Source: Bacteroidota bacterium
GTDB lineage: Bacteria > Bacteroidota > Bacteroidia > 2-12-FULL-35-15
Assembly (NCBI GenBank): GCA_043783695.1
Contig: JAYVZC010000524.1
Span: 1-30,362 of the forward strand
DNA length: 30,362 nucleotides
Direction: 5' to 3'
In this document: positions 1 to 10,813 of the stretch, piece after piece
Position numbering within the stretch: the stretch's first letter is position 1
Layout: the number at the start of each line of letters is the position of its first letter
Position numbers and translations under genes: made by a program
The notes under the pieces: generated by a model
What the model was told of the DNA's origin: nothing
The model's database searches: none
What the model saw: the letters and a program-made list of their open reading frames with translations, nothing else

Positions 1-97
1 TGGCTTTTTAGGTGTAGAGATAAAATTAATTACTAAGAAAGAAAAATCTTTTGGAAGAATAGAAGAAAGTGTAATTACAACTAACACTGATGTTAAT

Positions 98-435
98 GGT
101 AATATTTTCAAGTAATGCAAAATTTTGTGAGCCACTTAAAATGTACTTCCCCATTTTTTTTTGCTTATCTATTAAAACTTGTAAATACGAAAAAAGTTGA
201 GGAGCTCGCTGCACCTCATCAATTATTAGCCCTATTGTATATTGAGACAAAAACTGGTCTGGATCGTTTAAAGCCAGTTCTCTTGTTGGTGGGTGCTCTA
301 AATTTACATAGTCGTAATTAGGGAATGTCGCTTTTAGTAAAGTCGTTTTCCCAGACTGCCGAGGCCCTGTTAGTGCAATAGCAGGCATTTTTTTGCCATT
401 AAAAGCAATTGTTTTTTTAAGTCTCGTGTTATCAT
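98..435 (-). pseudogene. Frameshifted, 3'-truncated AAA+ ATP-binding protein (AAA_14/DUF4143-type)
   Basis: ATG at 435 reads MITRDLKKQLLLMA, then needs one more A in the A7 run (+ strand T run 388-394) to join KKMPAIALTGPRQSGKT (Walker A). Walker B is LIIDEVQ, followed by GSQNF. Family-like sequence stops after LLENIT (about 98) and no C-terminal DUF4143 domain follows. Confidence 0.8.
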
Positions 436-438
436 ATC

Positions 439-476
439 TTGCAATTTGGGATTTAGATTCCCAAATTGCAAAGATA
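439..476 (-). promoter_or_regulatory. 13-bp perfect inverted repeat overlapping a Bacteroidota -7 promoter
   Basis: TTGCAATTTGGGA (439-451), 7-nt spacer, TCCCAAATTGCAA (459-471). Minus-strand TATCTTTG (469-476) matches TAnnTTTG and lies just upstream of ATG 435. Confidence 0.6.
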
Positions 477-574
477 TAAAAAATTGAGTTCAAATTATTT
501 AAACAAAAAAATCTCCACCGTTTTTCGACAAGCTCAAAATGGTAAGGGAAGAGATCTTTCACTAGGTTCTCAAT

Positions 575-3500
575 CTATTCGTTACTAGCAAGCAGGGTAA
601 CGTGTCCTGTGTAGTCGTGATATTTTTGAGAAAAATCTCGTAAGCCAATTTTGTAAACGTATACTCCTTGCTCTGCAATTTTATCTCCGTGATTTGCTTT
701 TCCATCCCAACCTTTTGTAATATCATCTGATTGGAAAATTAATTCTCCCCATCTGTCAAAAATCATCATGTTGAATTCAGTTATCTCAATTCCTTTGGCA
801 GCAAAATAATCGTTGTTGCCATTTCCATCGGGAGTAAATGCATTTGGAATATATATAGTAAACACTGGAACAATTTCTACCTGCATTATTCTCAGATCCG
901 TACAACCATTAGTAGTTGTGGTAAGCAAGGTTACTGTATACATTCCTTTACCGGGATAAGTATGCAATGGATTTAATGTTGTAGAACTTGTTCCATCACC
1001 AAATGTCCAATAACGTGTTGCAGCATTTGTTGATTGATCACTGAACTGATACTTCGGACTTAATTCTGTTCCATCAATTCCTTGTGAAGAAAAATTTGCA
1101 ATCGTTCCAGGATATACAACCACAGTACTTGTAGTCGAAGCTGTATTCACACATCCGAAAGGCGATGTAACTGTTACACTAATAATGTATGTTCCACTTG
1201 CAGTATAAGTATTTGAAGGACTCATTTGATTGGAAGTGTTACCATCTCCAAACGACCAGCTATAAATGCTCCCTGTATTTGTTGTTGAATTATCTACGTA
1301 AGTCAAACTTGCCTGTTCACAATTTGTAATCGATTGTGGTGAAAGACTTATCACAGGCAATGGATTAACTGTAACAGGAACACTTGATGTAACTGCGTTT
1401 CCACAGGCATCGGCAACAGTTACTACATACGTTGTAGAAGTTGTTGGAGCAACTGTGAACGGACCATTTCCTGTTCCTAATCCACCACTCCAATTAATTG
1501 TTACCGGACCGGTATTTCCAAAAACATTAGAAAAAATGTTTGTACTATTTCCGAAACAAATTCCGGAAGCAGGAGAAACAGTTAAGTTCGCTAAGGTTAA
1601 AGAGGTAACATTAATTGTAACGGTTGCACTATTTCCAATACAACCATTTGCATCGGTTGCAACCACAACATAATTTGTATTACTTGTTGGGCTCACCACT
1701 TGTGTTGCTCCAGTTCCAACACCTGTCCAGTTAAAAATATAACCGGCAATTCCACCACTAGCACTTGCAGTAATGTTTGTATTTTGTCCCGAACAAATTG
1801 TTGTACTACCAACTGCAGTTGCTACAATGGGTGCTGGTTGAGTAACTACGATACTTGCAGTAATTGTACAACCGTTTGCATCGGTAGCTGTTGCAGTATA
1901 TGTTCCCGGACTTAATGAAGAAGCACTTGCAGTTATTCCTCCACTTGGCAACCATTGATATGAATATGTTGGAGTACCACCGGCAGGAATAATTATCGCT
2001 TGTCCGTTATTTGATCCGTAACATGTTGAAGGAAATCCGGCAGAAGAAATAGTTAATGCAGGAGGTTCCGTAATTGTAATGGAAGAAGTTGCCGAACAAT
2101 TATTTGCATCAGAAACAGTTGCAGTATAGTTACCGGGATTTAAACTCGAAATAGTTTGAGTAAATGTTGCCGGAGATGTATTCCACATATAATTATAAAA
2201 CCCTGTACCGCCTGATGCACCAACGGTTGCAAAGCCATTTGCCATTCCATTACACGAAATATTATTTATGATTATTGCGTTTGCATTCAATGTATTGGGT
2301 TGAGTTGTTGTTACACTTGAAGAAACAGAACAACCATTATTATCGGTTACAACAATGGAGTGAACCCCTGGATTTAAATTTGTTGCAACAGTTGTTGTTT
2401 GTGTTGGTGTTGTGTTCCATAAATATGTGTAAGGACTTGTTCCACCAGAAACGACAATGCTTCCGGTACCATTATCTAAACCGAAACATGTGCTATTTGT
2501 TTGTGATGTAAAATAAGATAATGGATTTGGTGGTTGTGTAATTGTAATCGTGTCGTATTTAACACACCCATTAGCTGTTGTAACGGTTACATAATAAACT
2601 CCGGAAGCTAAACCACTTATTGTGGATGAAGTTGCTCCAGTACTCCAAAGATATGTGTAAGGAGCCATTCCTCCATTAGCATTTGCCGTTGCGATACCAT
2701 TCGTTCCACCGAAGCAGGAAATATTTGTTCCGGTCATATTAACGTTTCCCGGAGCAGCACCTACTCCAATAGTTGCCGTTGCAGAACTCGTACAACCAGC
2801 TGCACCTGTAACATTCACAGTATATGTTCCTGATACAAGTCCGTTTTCACTTGGAGTTGTTCCTCCACTTGGTAACCATTGATAAGTAAATGGTCCTGTT
2901 CCTGTAATGACAGATACGTTAGCAGTTCCGTTTGATGCATTACAATTTGCTGGTGAAGATGTTGTATTTAAAACAATTCCGGAAACGGTAATGCAAAATG
3001 AAAAAGTTTGACTTCCATTGTAAGGACAATTATTATCTTGAACAATAATTGTAAAACAATGACTTGCTCCGCTAATATCAGCAGCAGTTGGCGTCCAAGT
3101 AAATGTTCCTATTGGACGCGCACCACCACTTGATGAGAATGAGGCTCCGGCAATACCGCTGTTCCAAATAATGGTTACGTTTTGTGTAGCATCTGCATCA
3201 TAAGTATTTATTGTAAAATTTATTGGTAAACCTGCACAGGCATTTAAAGTATATATACCGGTATTATCTATTCCAGCAACATACGGATTATTATTTGTAC
3301 AAGTAATTGTTCTCATTTGAATATCACGCACTACACTTCCAACGAGAATTTCATTTCTATACTCTTGAACTAATACAGCACAAACCGTAACTTGAATCAT
3401 TGTTGGTGTCATACACATATCGCCCGTTAAATTATTAAATGTAACTGCCGGAGATGAAGCCAGAGGCTGTGTTGCAGAATATGGCAAAAGATATGTTACA

Positions 3501-4153
3501 GTTGTTGTTGCACTTGTTTGAGGTATAATTAAAGTATAATATAACGAATCGCCATCAGGATCAGATGAACCATTGTTAAAACAATACGGTTGATTCGAAC
3601 AAATAAAAGGAATGGGGTCATTCGAAAAAATGGGAGAACTATTGCATGGAAAATTTAGATTATCCAAATGTGCTTCCACATAAATGCTTTCGCTTGCCGG
3701 ATTAAGGATGGTGCCAATTGATGCATTTCGGCAACACAATGTAAAACTGAATACCCAGTCGGTACAACTAGCGGGCAAAGTAGTGATTCCGCGATAGATG
3801 AATTCTTGCACACCGGGATAAGTTCCTCCTGAGCATTGCGTACTAAGAGCTGTACAGATTGGTGATACATCTATTCCTGTTCCTGGTATTGGATTAAGTG
3901 TAAGGTTGTAATTTTGAGCGCAAGAGGCAGACGCTAAGTTAATTGTTACTATTCCCGGTGCTGCCACACCCGCACAATCGCGGTAGAAAGAAAGCGATAT
4001 TTCGTACTGATTTCCGCCCAGGCAACGATATGTGATATCAGCACTTTGAGCGTGCGATGCAAAAGCTTCGTTTGATGTTTGAATAAACATTAAAATAAAA
4101 CTAAGCCAAGTAAGGAGTCTTGTTAGTAGTTTAGATTCCATGGAGACCTCCAT
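575..4153 (-). CDS. T9SS type-B cargo surface protein (N-terminal YRDC/CCRN domain, SprB-like repeats, PKD domains, CHU_C C-terminal domain)
   Basis: 1192-aa ORF with a signal peptide, repeats of the form GGTxPYTYxWxxGxT...GxYxVTVTDANGC, PKD motifs WSFGDG and WTFGDG, and a C-terminus IPNAFTPDGNGNND...IFDRWGE...WDG. The start may be ATG 4141. Confidence 0.9.
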   Translation of the reverse strand: MEVSMESKLLTRLLTWLSFILMFIQTSNEAFASHAQSADITYRCLGGNQYEISLSFYRDCAGVAAPGIVTINLASASCAQNYNLTLNPIPGTGIDVSPICTALSTQCSGGTYPGVQEFIYRGITTLPASCTDWVFSFTLCCRNASIGTILNPASESIYVEAHLDNLNFPCNSSPIFSNDPIPFICSNQPYCFNNGSSDPDGDSLYYTLIIPQTSATTTVTYLLPYSATQPLASSPAVTFNNLTGDMCMTPTMIQVTVCAVLVQEYRNEILVGSVVRDIQMRTITCTNNNPYVAGIDNTGIYTLNACAGLPINFTINTYDADATQNVTIIWNSGIAGASFSSSGGARPIGTFTWTPTAADISGASHCFTIIVQDNNCPYNGSQTFSFCITVSGIVLNTTSSPANCNASNGTANVSVITGTGPFTYQWLPSGGTTPSENGLVSGTYTVNVTGAAGCTSSATATIGVGAAPGNVNMTGTNISCFGGTNGIATANANGGMAPYTYLWSTGATSSTISGLASGVYYVTVTTANGCVKYDTITITQPPNPLSYFTSQTNSTCFGLDNGTGSIVVSGGTSPYTYLWNTTPTQTTTVATNLNPGVHSIVVTDNNGCSVSSSVTTTQPNTLNANAIIINNISCNGMANGFATVGASGGTGFYNYMWNTSPATFTQTISSLNPGNYTATVSDANNCSATSSITITEPPALTISSAGFPSTCYGSNNGQAIIIPAGGTPTYSYQWLPSGGITASASSLSPGTYTATATDANGCTITASIVVTQPAPIVATAVGSTTICSGQNTNITASASGGIAGYIFNWTGVGTGATQVVSPTSNTNYVVVATDANGCIGNSATVTINVTSLTLANLTVSPASGICFGNSTNIFSNVFGNTGPVTINWSGGLGTGNGPFTVAPTTSTTYVVTVADACGNAVTSSVPVTVNPLPVISLSPQSITNCEQASLTYVDNSTTNTGSIYSWSFGDGNTSNQMSPSNTYTASGTYIISVTVTSPFGCVNTASTTSTVVVYPGTIANFSSQGIDGTELSPKYQFSDQSTNAATRYWTFGDGTSSTTLNPLHTYPGKGMYTVTLLTTTTNGCTDLRIMQVEIVPVFTIYIPNAFTPDGNGNNDYFAAKGIEITEFNMMIFDRWGELIFQSDDITKGWDGKANHGDKIAEQGVYVYKIGLRDFSQKYHDYTGHVTLLASNE

Positions 4154-4443
4154 TTTTTAAAATGAGAACAATAAATTTAAGAACTAGCTATTTTAACGCC
4201 TCTAAAATGAAAGGGTTTCATAAATATCAATAATAACTCAAAGGCTATGAGAGTGACTGCTAATAATTTAGAGTATAATTGAATGGAAATTATTAAAAAA
4301 AATACAATCCTCCTTTCGCTGATATCCTATGCTATGATGGGAATTTTCGGACTTCGGTGCCATTTTCATGCATTCGAGAAACCTCCTATTTGAGGCATAA
4401 ATATTCTACTCGAAAACATATTTAAAGTTCATAAATTTTTAGT

Positions 4444-6651
4444 CTAAATTCTCACTCCTATTATTACAACATCATCCACTTGCTCTAATTCACCTTTCCA
4501 GTAATCGAATGCGTTTGCAAGTTTTTGTTTTTGTTCTTCAATAGGAAGTAAATAATTTTTATAAAGCAATTCTTTTAATTGATTGTATTTATATTTCTTT
4601 CCTCTTGGCCCACCAAATTGATCCGCATATCCATCACTGAAAAGATAAACACAATCTCCTTTTTTCAATTGAACTGTATGATTTGTATAGCTATCAACCT
4701 TTCCATCGATGTTTACGCCTATCGGAAATTTATCAGATTTAATTTCTTTAAAAATGCCACTCTCAATATAATACAAAGAATTATATGCTCCGGCATATTG
4801 CAATTCGTTTGTTTTTAAATTTAAAGAACACAAAGACAAATCCATTCCGTCTTTTACACCTTTGCCATCTTCTGACTGTCGCAATGTTTTTGTTACACCA
4901 TAATCCAAATGTTTTAATATCTCTGACGGAATAGTTAAACTCATTTCATTTACTGCCTGAGTCAATAAATTAAATCCGACAACACTCATTAATGCCCCAG
5001 GAACACCATGTCCGGTACAATCTACAGCTGCAAAACAAACAGAATCATTTTTTTGTTCTATCCAATAAAAATCTCCACTTACAATATCTTTGGGGCGATA
5101 AAAAATAAAACTATCCGGTAAACAATTTTTCCAGTAAGAATCTGGCGGTAAAATAGATTCCTGAATTCGTTTAGCATAATTAATACTATCGGTAATTTCT
5201 TTTTTACGTGTTTCTAATTCCTCTTTTTGTAAAAGAACAGCATTGTTAGAGATCGTCAATTGCTCATTGGTTTTCTTTCTTTGTCGGTTTGCTCTCACTA
5301 CTAAAAAAACAATAATCAATAAAATCAACGTTCCTGAAACAGCAACATATACAACTCTTTTAAAGCGTTCGTCTGATAACTCTTGTAAGAGGACTGCTTC
5401 TTTTTGTTTGCTTTCAAATTGATAATTTAATTCCAATTCTGTCATTTTTTGAGCATTACTACTATTGTAAACCGAATCGCTGAACTGTTTGTATAGTTTG
5501 TAATTCTGATAAGCTTTTTCATAGTCTTTTGTCTCTTCATATAATCGCGATAAATTTTGATGTATTTCAATCAAGTCTTCCAATGATTGCATTTCCTGAG
5601 CCATCGGCAACGATTTATTAAAATATTCCAATGCCTTATCGTACTGCTTTGCATTAAGATAATCAACACCAATAGCGCTGTAACAAATTGTTAGTCCTTG
5701 TTTGTCGCCAATCTCATTAAATATTCTAACTGCTTCCAATTGCAACTCCATCGCTTTTTCTGTATCACCCATATCAGCATATACATTTCCCATATTTCCA
5801 AGAGTCCCAGCATAGGTATTTTTACTCCCGTATGTACTGCAAAAACTTTTAATCTTCTCATACATTTTAAGAGCGGATGTGTATTCCTTGTCATAATAAT
5901 AACTATTTGCAATATATGTATAAACATTAATAAGTAGAGATGTGTCTTGCATTTTTTCAGCCGCTTTAGCTGTTTTTGAAAGATATTCCATTCCTAATTT
6001 TTTATTGATTCCATCGGAATAAAGAGCACCAATAAACAGTGTTGCTTCCATTGCCAATTTATCTTTTTTTAAATTTTGTGCAATATTTAAAGCCGATTGA
6101 TAATATTCCAATGCTTTGGTGTTGTTCCCCATGTTTTCATACGCACGTCCTAAATACATATTATTTTCACAAATTTGAATTTGCTTGTTTAATTCTTTTG
6201 ACAACACATTCGACTTCTCGTAATTTTCTATTGATCCAATATAATCACCAACAGCTATGCAATTTAATCCATAAAAACTGTAGGCATCTGCTAATTCTTC
6301 CTTTAAATTATTTTCCCGAAGCAGAGGAATAACAGCTTTAAAACTTTGAGTTGCTTTTTTATTGTCATTGTCATTGTAAAAAACAATCGCTTTCATAAAC
6401 GCTGTTTTGGCAGCAATAGTCGGTGTATTTATTTGTGAGCTTATCTCAACACATTTTAAATAATAAGTCTTTGTTTGTACGTTTCTTGTGCTTGATAATA
6501 CTCTAACAAGATCATAACCGATTTTAAATTTTTCTGTTAGATCCGTTGTTTTTTCAAAAACATTTTTTAAACTGTCCAGATTGTTATCTGACCAGCCTTT
6601 AAAAGTAAAAGCAAAGAGGAGTATAAAAAGAAAATAAAATTTATTTTTCAC
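4444..6651 (-). CDS. Tetratricopeptide-repeat sensor, transmembrane helix and SpoIIE/PP2C phosphatase
   Basis: Signal peptide, several TPRs (e.g. GNMGNVYADMGDTEKAM), one TM segment (VVYVAVSGTLILLIIVFLVV), and PP2C motifs VSGDFYW, DCTGHGVPGA, DGMD, SDGYADQFGG, DDV. GTG start. Confidence 0.9.
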   Translation of the reverse strand: MKNKFYFLFILLFAFTFKGWSDNNLDSLKNVFEKTTDLTEKFKIGYDLVRVLSSTRNVQTKTYYLKCVEISSQINTPTIAAKTAFMKAIVFYNDNDNKKATQSFKAVIPLLRENNLKEELADAYSFYGLNCIAVGDYIGSIENYEKSNVLSKELNKQIQICENNMYLGRAYENMGNNTKALEYYQSALNIAQNLKKDKLAMEATLFIGALYSDGINKKLGMEYLSKTAKAAEKMQDTSLLINVYTYIANSYYYDKEYTSALKMYEKIKSFCSTYGSKNTYAGTLGNMGNVYADMGDTEKAMELQLEAVRIFNEIGDKQGLTICYSAIGVDYLNAKQYDKALEYFNKSLPMAQEMQSLEDLIEIHQNLSRLYEETKDYEKAYQNYKLYKQFSDSVYNSSNAQKMTELELNYQFESKQKEAVLLQELSDERFKRVVYVAVSGTLILLIIVFLVVRANRQRKKTNEQLTISNNAVLLQKEELETRKKEITDSINYAKRIQESILPPDSYWKNCLPDSFIFYRPKDIVSGDFYWIEQKNDSVCFAAVDCTGHGVPGALMSVVGFNLLTQAVNEMSLTIPSEILKHLDYGVTKTLRQSEDGKGVKDGMDLSLCSLNLKTNELQYAGAYNSLYYIESGIFKEIKSDKFPIGVNIDGKVDSYTNHTVQLKKGDCVYLFSDGYADQFGGPRGKKYKYNQLKELLYKNYLLPIEEQKQKLANAFDYWKGELEQVDDVVIIGVRI

Positions 6652-6714
6652 AGATTTAATTTAAGCATCCAATATTACAACATTATTAGAAAAATAGCAC
6701 CTTAATTTCCCAAT

Positions 6715-7749
6715 TTAAACAGTTGCAGATTCTAAAAGTTTTATTATTCCTTCCGAAGCATCCATTTCGGCATTTATTCCAATCGGGACAGTGTATTTAT
6801 TTGCAATGTGTCCGATCATCGCTCCGTAAAAAGCCGGAATCGCCAAAGGTTTAATGTGTTGTTCCAAAACTTGCTGCAATGTAAATGCTTTTTCGGGTTC
6901 TTCGGCTTCACATTTTACGCATTTACCAAATACAAATCCACTAATATTTTTTAATACTCCCGCTAATTTCAGTTGTGTTAACATTCTATCAATGCGATAA
7001 GGTTCTTCACCTGTTTCTTCCAAAAAAAGAATTTTATTTTTCCAATCAGGTAAATATTCCGAACCAATCATTCCTGCTAAGACTGTTAAATTTCCTCCAA
7101 CTAAAATACCATTTGCTTTACCTTCAGTGATTGTATAATGTTTATCCGTATCATCTTCCGGATAAGCATACTCAACCTTTTCCTTTTCAAACAAAATACG
7201 TTTTACATAATCTAAAGTAAAATCGTTCCAGCCACTATTTCCAACCGGACCATGAAATGTAATTAATCCGGTCTTAGAATTTATCGCAATTAATAATGAT
7301 GTGATATCACTAAAACCGATAAGTACTTTGGGATTATTTTTTATTATCTCATAATTTAACTTATCTAATATTCTTGCACAACCCCATCCGCCTTTTATGC
7401 AAAAGATGGCTTTTACTTCTTTGTCGAGAAAAAAATTATTTAGTTCACTTGCCCGCAATTCATCTGTCCCTGCAAAATAACCATACTTTTGTTTTAGAGT
7501 TTCCCCAAGTTTTACTTTGAAGCCAAGATTTTGAAGAATAAAAATAAATTTTTCGATTTGAGAATCCTCCCAAACTGCTCCGGCAGGTGAACTTATCGCA
7601 ATAGTATCTCCTTGCTTTAATGCACTAGGTTTTATGATTGCCAAACCAATTTTATCATCTTGCAATGAATTATTTTTCATTCCTAAAAATGGAATAGAAA
7701 GCGAAGCCAAAGCAGTAGTTGTAATAAATTGTCGTCTGTTATGTTTCAT
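6715..7749 (-). CDS. LD-carboxypeptidase (peptidase S66) with twin-arginine-like leader
   Basis: GGWG, GFSDIT (Ser), LEETGEEPYRIDRML (Glu) and GH (His) motifs. N-terminus is MKHNRRQFI. Confidence 0.9.
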   Translation of the reverse strand: MKHNRRQFITTTALASLSIPFLGMKNNSLQDDKIGLAIIKPSALKQGDTIAISSPAGAVWEDSQIEKFIFILQNLGFKVKLGETLKQKYGYFAGTDELRASELNNFFLDKEVKAIFCIKGGWGCARILDKLNYEIIKNNPKVLIGFSDITSLLIAINSKTGLITFHGPVGNSGWNDFTLDYVKRILFEKEKVEYAYPEDDTDKHYTITEGKANGILVGGNLTVLAGMIGSEYLPDWKNKILFLEETGEEPYRIDRMLTQLKLAGVLKNISGFVFGKCVKCEAEEPEKAFTLQQVLEQHIKPLAIPAFYGAMIGHIANKYTVPIGINAEMDASEGIIKLLESATV

Positions 7750-8060
7750 TAAATGTTTAAACTATTGTCAAAGGCAATCAAAGATTGTGAGAGTTGCGAG
7801 AGTGAAATCGGTCAAGTATAAAATATGGGAAATTGCCCATATCTCTTACCGTGGTTGAAAAATCATTATAATCATTATAACTTGTTAGGTTGTTCAATGC
7901 TAATAAAATCAAGGTAAAATAAATTAACTTATCTAAAGGTGGATAAGCAGTTTTTATAATTTACAATGGTATAACAAGAATGGGAAAAGAGAAAGGAGTA
8001 AAAACAATCATTCATTAATTAGGCAAAATTGTCCTTCGCAATGAATGCGCTAAAACAAAA

Positions 8061-10223
8061 CTACCTTACCAACGTTACTCTTCCAATGTATTGATGATTT
8101 ATGTTTTTAACATCATCTCTGAAGTTAATTTTATACACAAATACATCGTTGGTGCATAATCTTCCTTTAAAATAACCATTCCAGCCTACTTCTTCGTTGT
8201 TGGTTTCAAATATTTTTTCTCCCCAACGATCAAAAACCAAAAATGAATAATCGTGTACACCCAATAATTTTGGTTTAAACACATCGTTTAATTCGTTTCC
8301 ATTTGGAGTGAATGCATTAGGAATCCAAAATAAAAATTCGGGACGAATAATCACATCTATTTTTGCAGTATCTCTACATCCATTGGCATTTACAACCACT
8401 TGCATAATGGTATATGTTCCGGGTGCTGAATATGCATGCGAAGTATCACAATTGCTATTACTTGTCCCATCGCCCCAATAAATGGTACAATCAATGGCAC
8501 CTGTACTCAAATCAAATGCTGTTACAAGAGGATAAAAAATAGAAGTGTCTTTTGGTGTTGCATTTATTCCCGCTATTGGTGATGGAAAAACAGCAACCGG
8601 TGATGGCAGTGCAAAAGTATCTTTACAGCCGTAAATAGTTGAGACAATTATACTACTCGGATAATTTCCAATTGCGGGATACGTATGAAATGGATTTTGC
8701 AAAGTGGAAGTTCCACCATCACCAAAAGTCCATAGATATGTTAATGGAGGACTAATAGAAGCATCTATAAAACTTACCGGTTGCAAATCGCAAGCAGTGG
8801 AAGTAGCTAAAGTATAATCAGCAATTGGTTTTGGGTATACCACCACATTTGCTGTAACTGTTTCGGAACACCCATTTTCAGTTATTGTGAATGAGACAGG
8901 GAATGTTCCGGCAGAATCGTACACAATATTTGTTGGGTTAAGACTAGTACTTGTTGTAGGACTTGCATTGGCACCAAAATTCCAAGAAAACGTTCCATTG
9001 CCCATAAATGCCCCTCCACCTGTGAAATTGTAACTGTTATCATAAACGCATTCTCCGGGAGGAGGTGAAAATAATGGATCCAATAATGGAAATATATAAA
9101 ATATGTTTGTTTGAGTATCAGCACACATGCTTCCCGGATTGATAATTAACATTACCTGATAAGTTCCTGAATCAGCGTATGTCCACGAGGGATTTAAGAC
9201 ATTAGAAGTATCCAATGTTGTTGTTGGATCACCAAAATCCCAGTGATAAGAAAAAGCATTGAGACTTGCTTGTGTAAAATTTACATTGTAACCAAAGCAA
9301 AAAGTTGTTTGCAAAGGAATGGATGCAACAGGTAAGCCGGGGCAAGTAACAACATTGAATTGGAAATCTCTTTTGTTAACATCAATTAAAACACCGGCAC
9401 GATATTCACTCACGCAAACTCCCACAACCCATTGTCCTACCATGTTTGGAGTCCCAGTCATTAATCCCGTAACCGGATTTACAGCAATTATTGGAGAGGC
9501 ACTCATTGGATAAGTTGCATTGTATGGTACTTGCCAGGGAACAAAAGCATAAGGCGGTGGAGAAGCAATATTGGGACAACCAGCTCCCACACTTGCTCCA
9601 AGCATAGGACAAGCAGTAGTTAAACCAGTGTATGGATCACATAACTCATAATACAACGAATCGCCATCGGGATCGGTAGCAGAATGATCAAAAAACAAAG
9701 GAACACCTGCACACAAAAAAATGGGTGGAAAATTTGTGTAACGCGGACTACTATTTCCGGGAGCAATAGTATTATCAGTAATATGACACATGTATGTTGA
9801 CCCAACATCTCCTGGAAGTACTAAATTTAAAATGGTTCCATTTCTACAACAACGTTGATAGGTTATGTTATAACCACCTGGGATGTTCGGCAAATTAACA
9901 ACCGTCTGATAAATTGCTTCTTCTACACAAATATTTGCAGGAGGCGTAAAGCAGGGATTATTAATTGTGGGAGGCACAATTGCTGTACCGGGAAGCGGGA
10001 TCTCGACACTATCGATAAATGTACCGGCACTATTAAAAATAAAGATACTCGCAGGATTATCGAATGTAATGCCTGTGCAATCGCGGTATACTTTTAACGT
10101 GATTCGATAATTATTTCCACCCAAATTATCATAATAAATTTCGCCACCTACAATGTGAGTAGCAAAATTTTTTAATGATAAAATCATTAAAAATAATAAT
10201 ATGACAAACCGTTTTGTTTTCAT
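8061..10223 (-). CDS. T9SS type-B cargo protein (YRDC/CCRN domain, PKD repeats, CHU_C C-terminal domain)
   Basis: ATG 10223 gives MKTKRF plus a signal peptide (the ORF track extends to TTG 10241). Motifs HIVGGEI, YRDC, CCRN, DPDGDSL; PKD WDFGD/WTFGDG; C-terminal IPNAFTPNGN...FDRWGE...WNG. Confidence 0.9.
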   Translation of the reverse strand: MKTKRFVILLFLMILSLKNFATHIVGGEIYYDNLGGNNYRITLKVYRDCTGITFDNPASIFIFNSAGTFIDSVEIPLPGTAIVPPTINNPCFTPPANICVEEAIYQTVVNLPNIPGGYNITYQRCCRNGTILNLVLPGDVGSTYMCHITDNTIAPGNSSPRYTNFPPIFLCAGVPLFFDHSATDPDGDSLYYELCDPYTGLTTACPMLGASVGAGCPNIASPPPYAFVPWQVPYNATYPMSASPIIAVNPVTGLMTGTPNMVGQWVVGVCVSEYRAGVLIDVNKRDFQFNVVTCPGLPVASIPLQTTFCFGYNVNFTQASLNAFSYHWDFGDPTTTLDTSNVLNPSWTYADSGTYQVMLIINPGSMCADTQTNIFYIFPLLDPLFSPPPGECVYDNSYNFTGGGAFMGNGTFSWNFGANASPTTSTSLNPTNIVYDSAGTFPVSFTITENGCSETVTANVVVYPKPIADYTLATSTACDLQPVSFIDASISPPLTYLWTFGDGGTSTLQNPFHTYPAIGNYPSSIIVSTIYGCKDTFALPSPVAVFPSPIAGINATPKDTSIFYPLVTAFDLSTGAIDCTIYWGDGTSNSNCDTSHAYSAPGTYTIMQVVVNANGCRDTAKIDVIIRPEFLFWIPNAFTPNGNELNDVFKPKLLGVHDYSFLVFDRWGEKIFETNNEEVGWNGYFKGRLCTNDVFVYKINFRDDVKNINHQYIGRVTLVR

Positions 10224-10752
10224 TTTAACAACCTCATACAAATGGGTACTAAGTATTTTATCCTGTATTTTTAAAAAATTATTTTTTTTCTATTGCAATC
10301 TGAATATCAAACAAATATATCAAAAAGCAAGTAAAATTTTGCCATTAAACGTATCTTTTTATTAATTCATTGAAAAAAAACAATGACTAAAAAAAAGAAC
10401 CAATTGCCCCTCTGTATACGTTAATAAGATACGCTTTTCACGAAAATGGTTGCAACCCAAACGCCTATTTTCATACTAAAACCCTCTTTTTATAGTAAAT
10501 AAGCTCCACTTTTAGTCTAAAAAAGCAAGTCCAATAGGAATTTACGCTTTTTATTAGCTGAATCTCTAAATTGGATTAAAAAGTTTAATAAATCATAAAA
10601 TTGAATATTTACGGGTGTTTTCAATGAAATACCATTTAAAGCAATTAGCATTCAACCTAGAATGATTGGGTTTACATTTTTGATGAAAAATATGGAATAA
10701 AAATAATTGCAAAAAGATATCAAAAATAATTGCAAATTTGTGACTCTTAAAA

Positions 10753-10813
10753 AAAGTTCAAAGTTCAAAGTTCAAAGTTTTAAAGTTTTAAAGTTTTAAA
10801 AGTTTTAAAAGTC
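10753..10813 (+). repeat. Short tandem repeat array AAAGTTC/AAAGTTTT/AAAAGTTTT
   Basis: (AAAGTTC)x3, (AAAGTTTT)x3, AAAAGTTTT, AAAAGTC read directly from the sequence. Confidence 0.9.

Noticed and set aside
2-115. Open plus-strand frame ending at TAA 113-115
   Set aside because: It could be the tail of a gene outside the window, but it is only 37 codons with no motif, so it cannot be supported.
26-562. Intact 178-aa ORF from the ORF track
   Set aside because: Its N- and C-terminal parts are out-of-frame or non-homologous sequence; a frameshifted pseudogene starting at 435 fits better.
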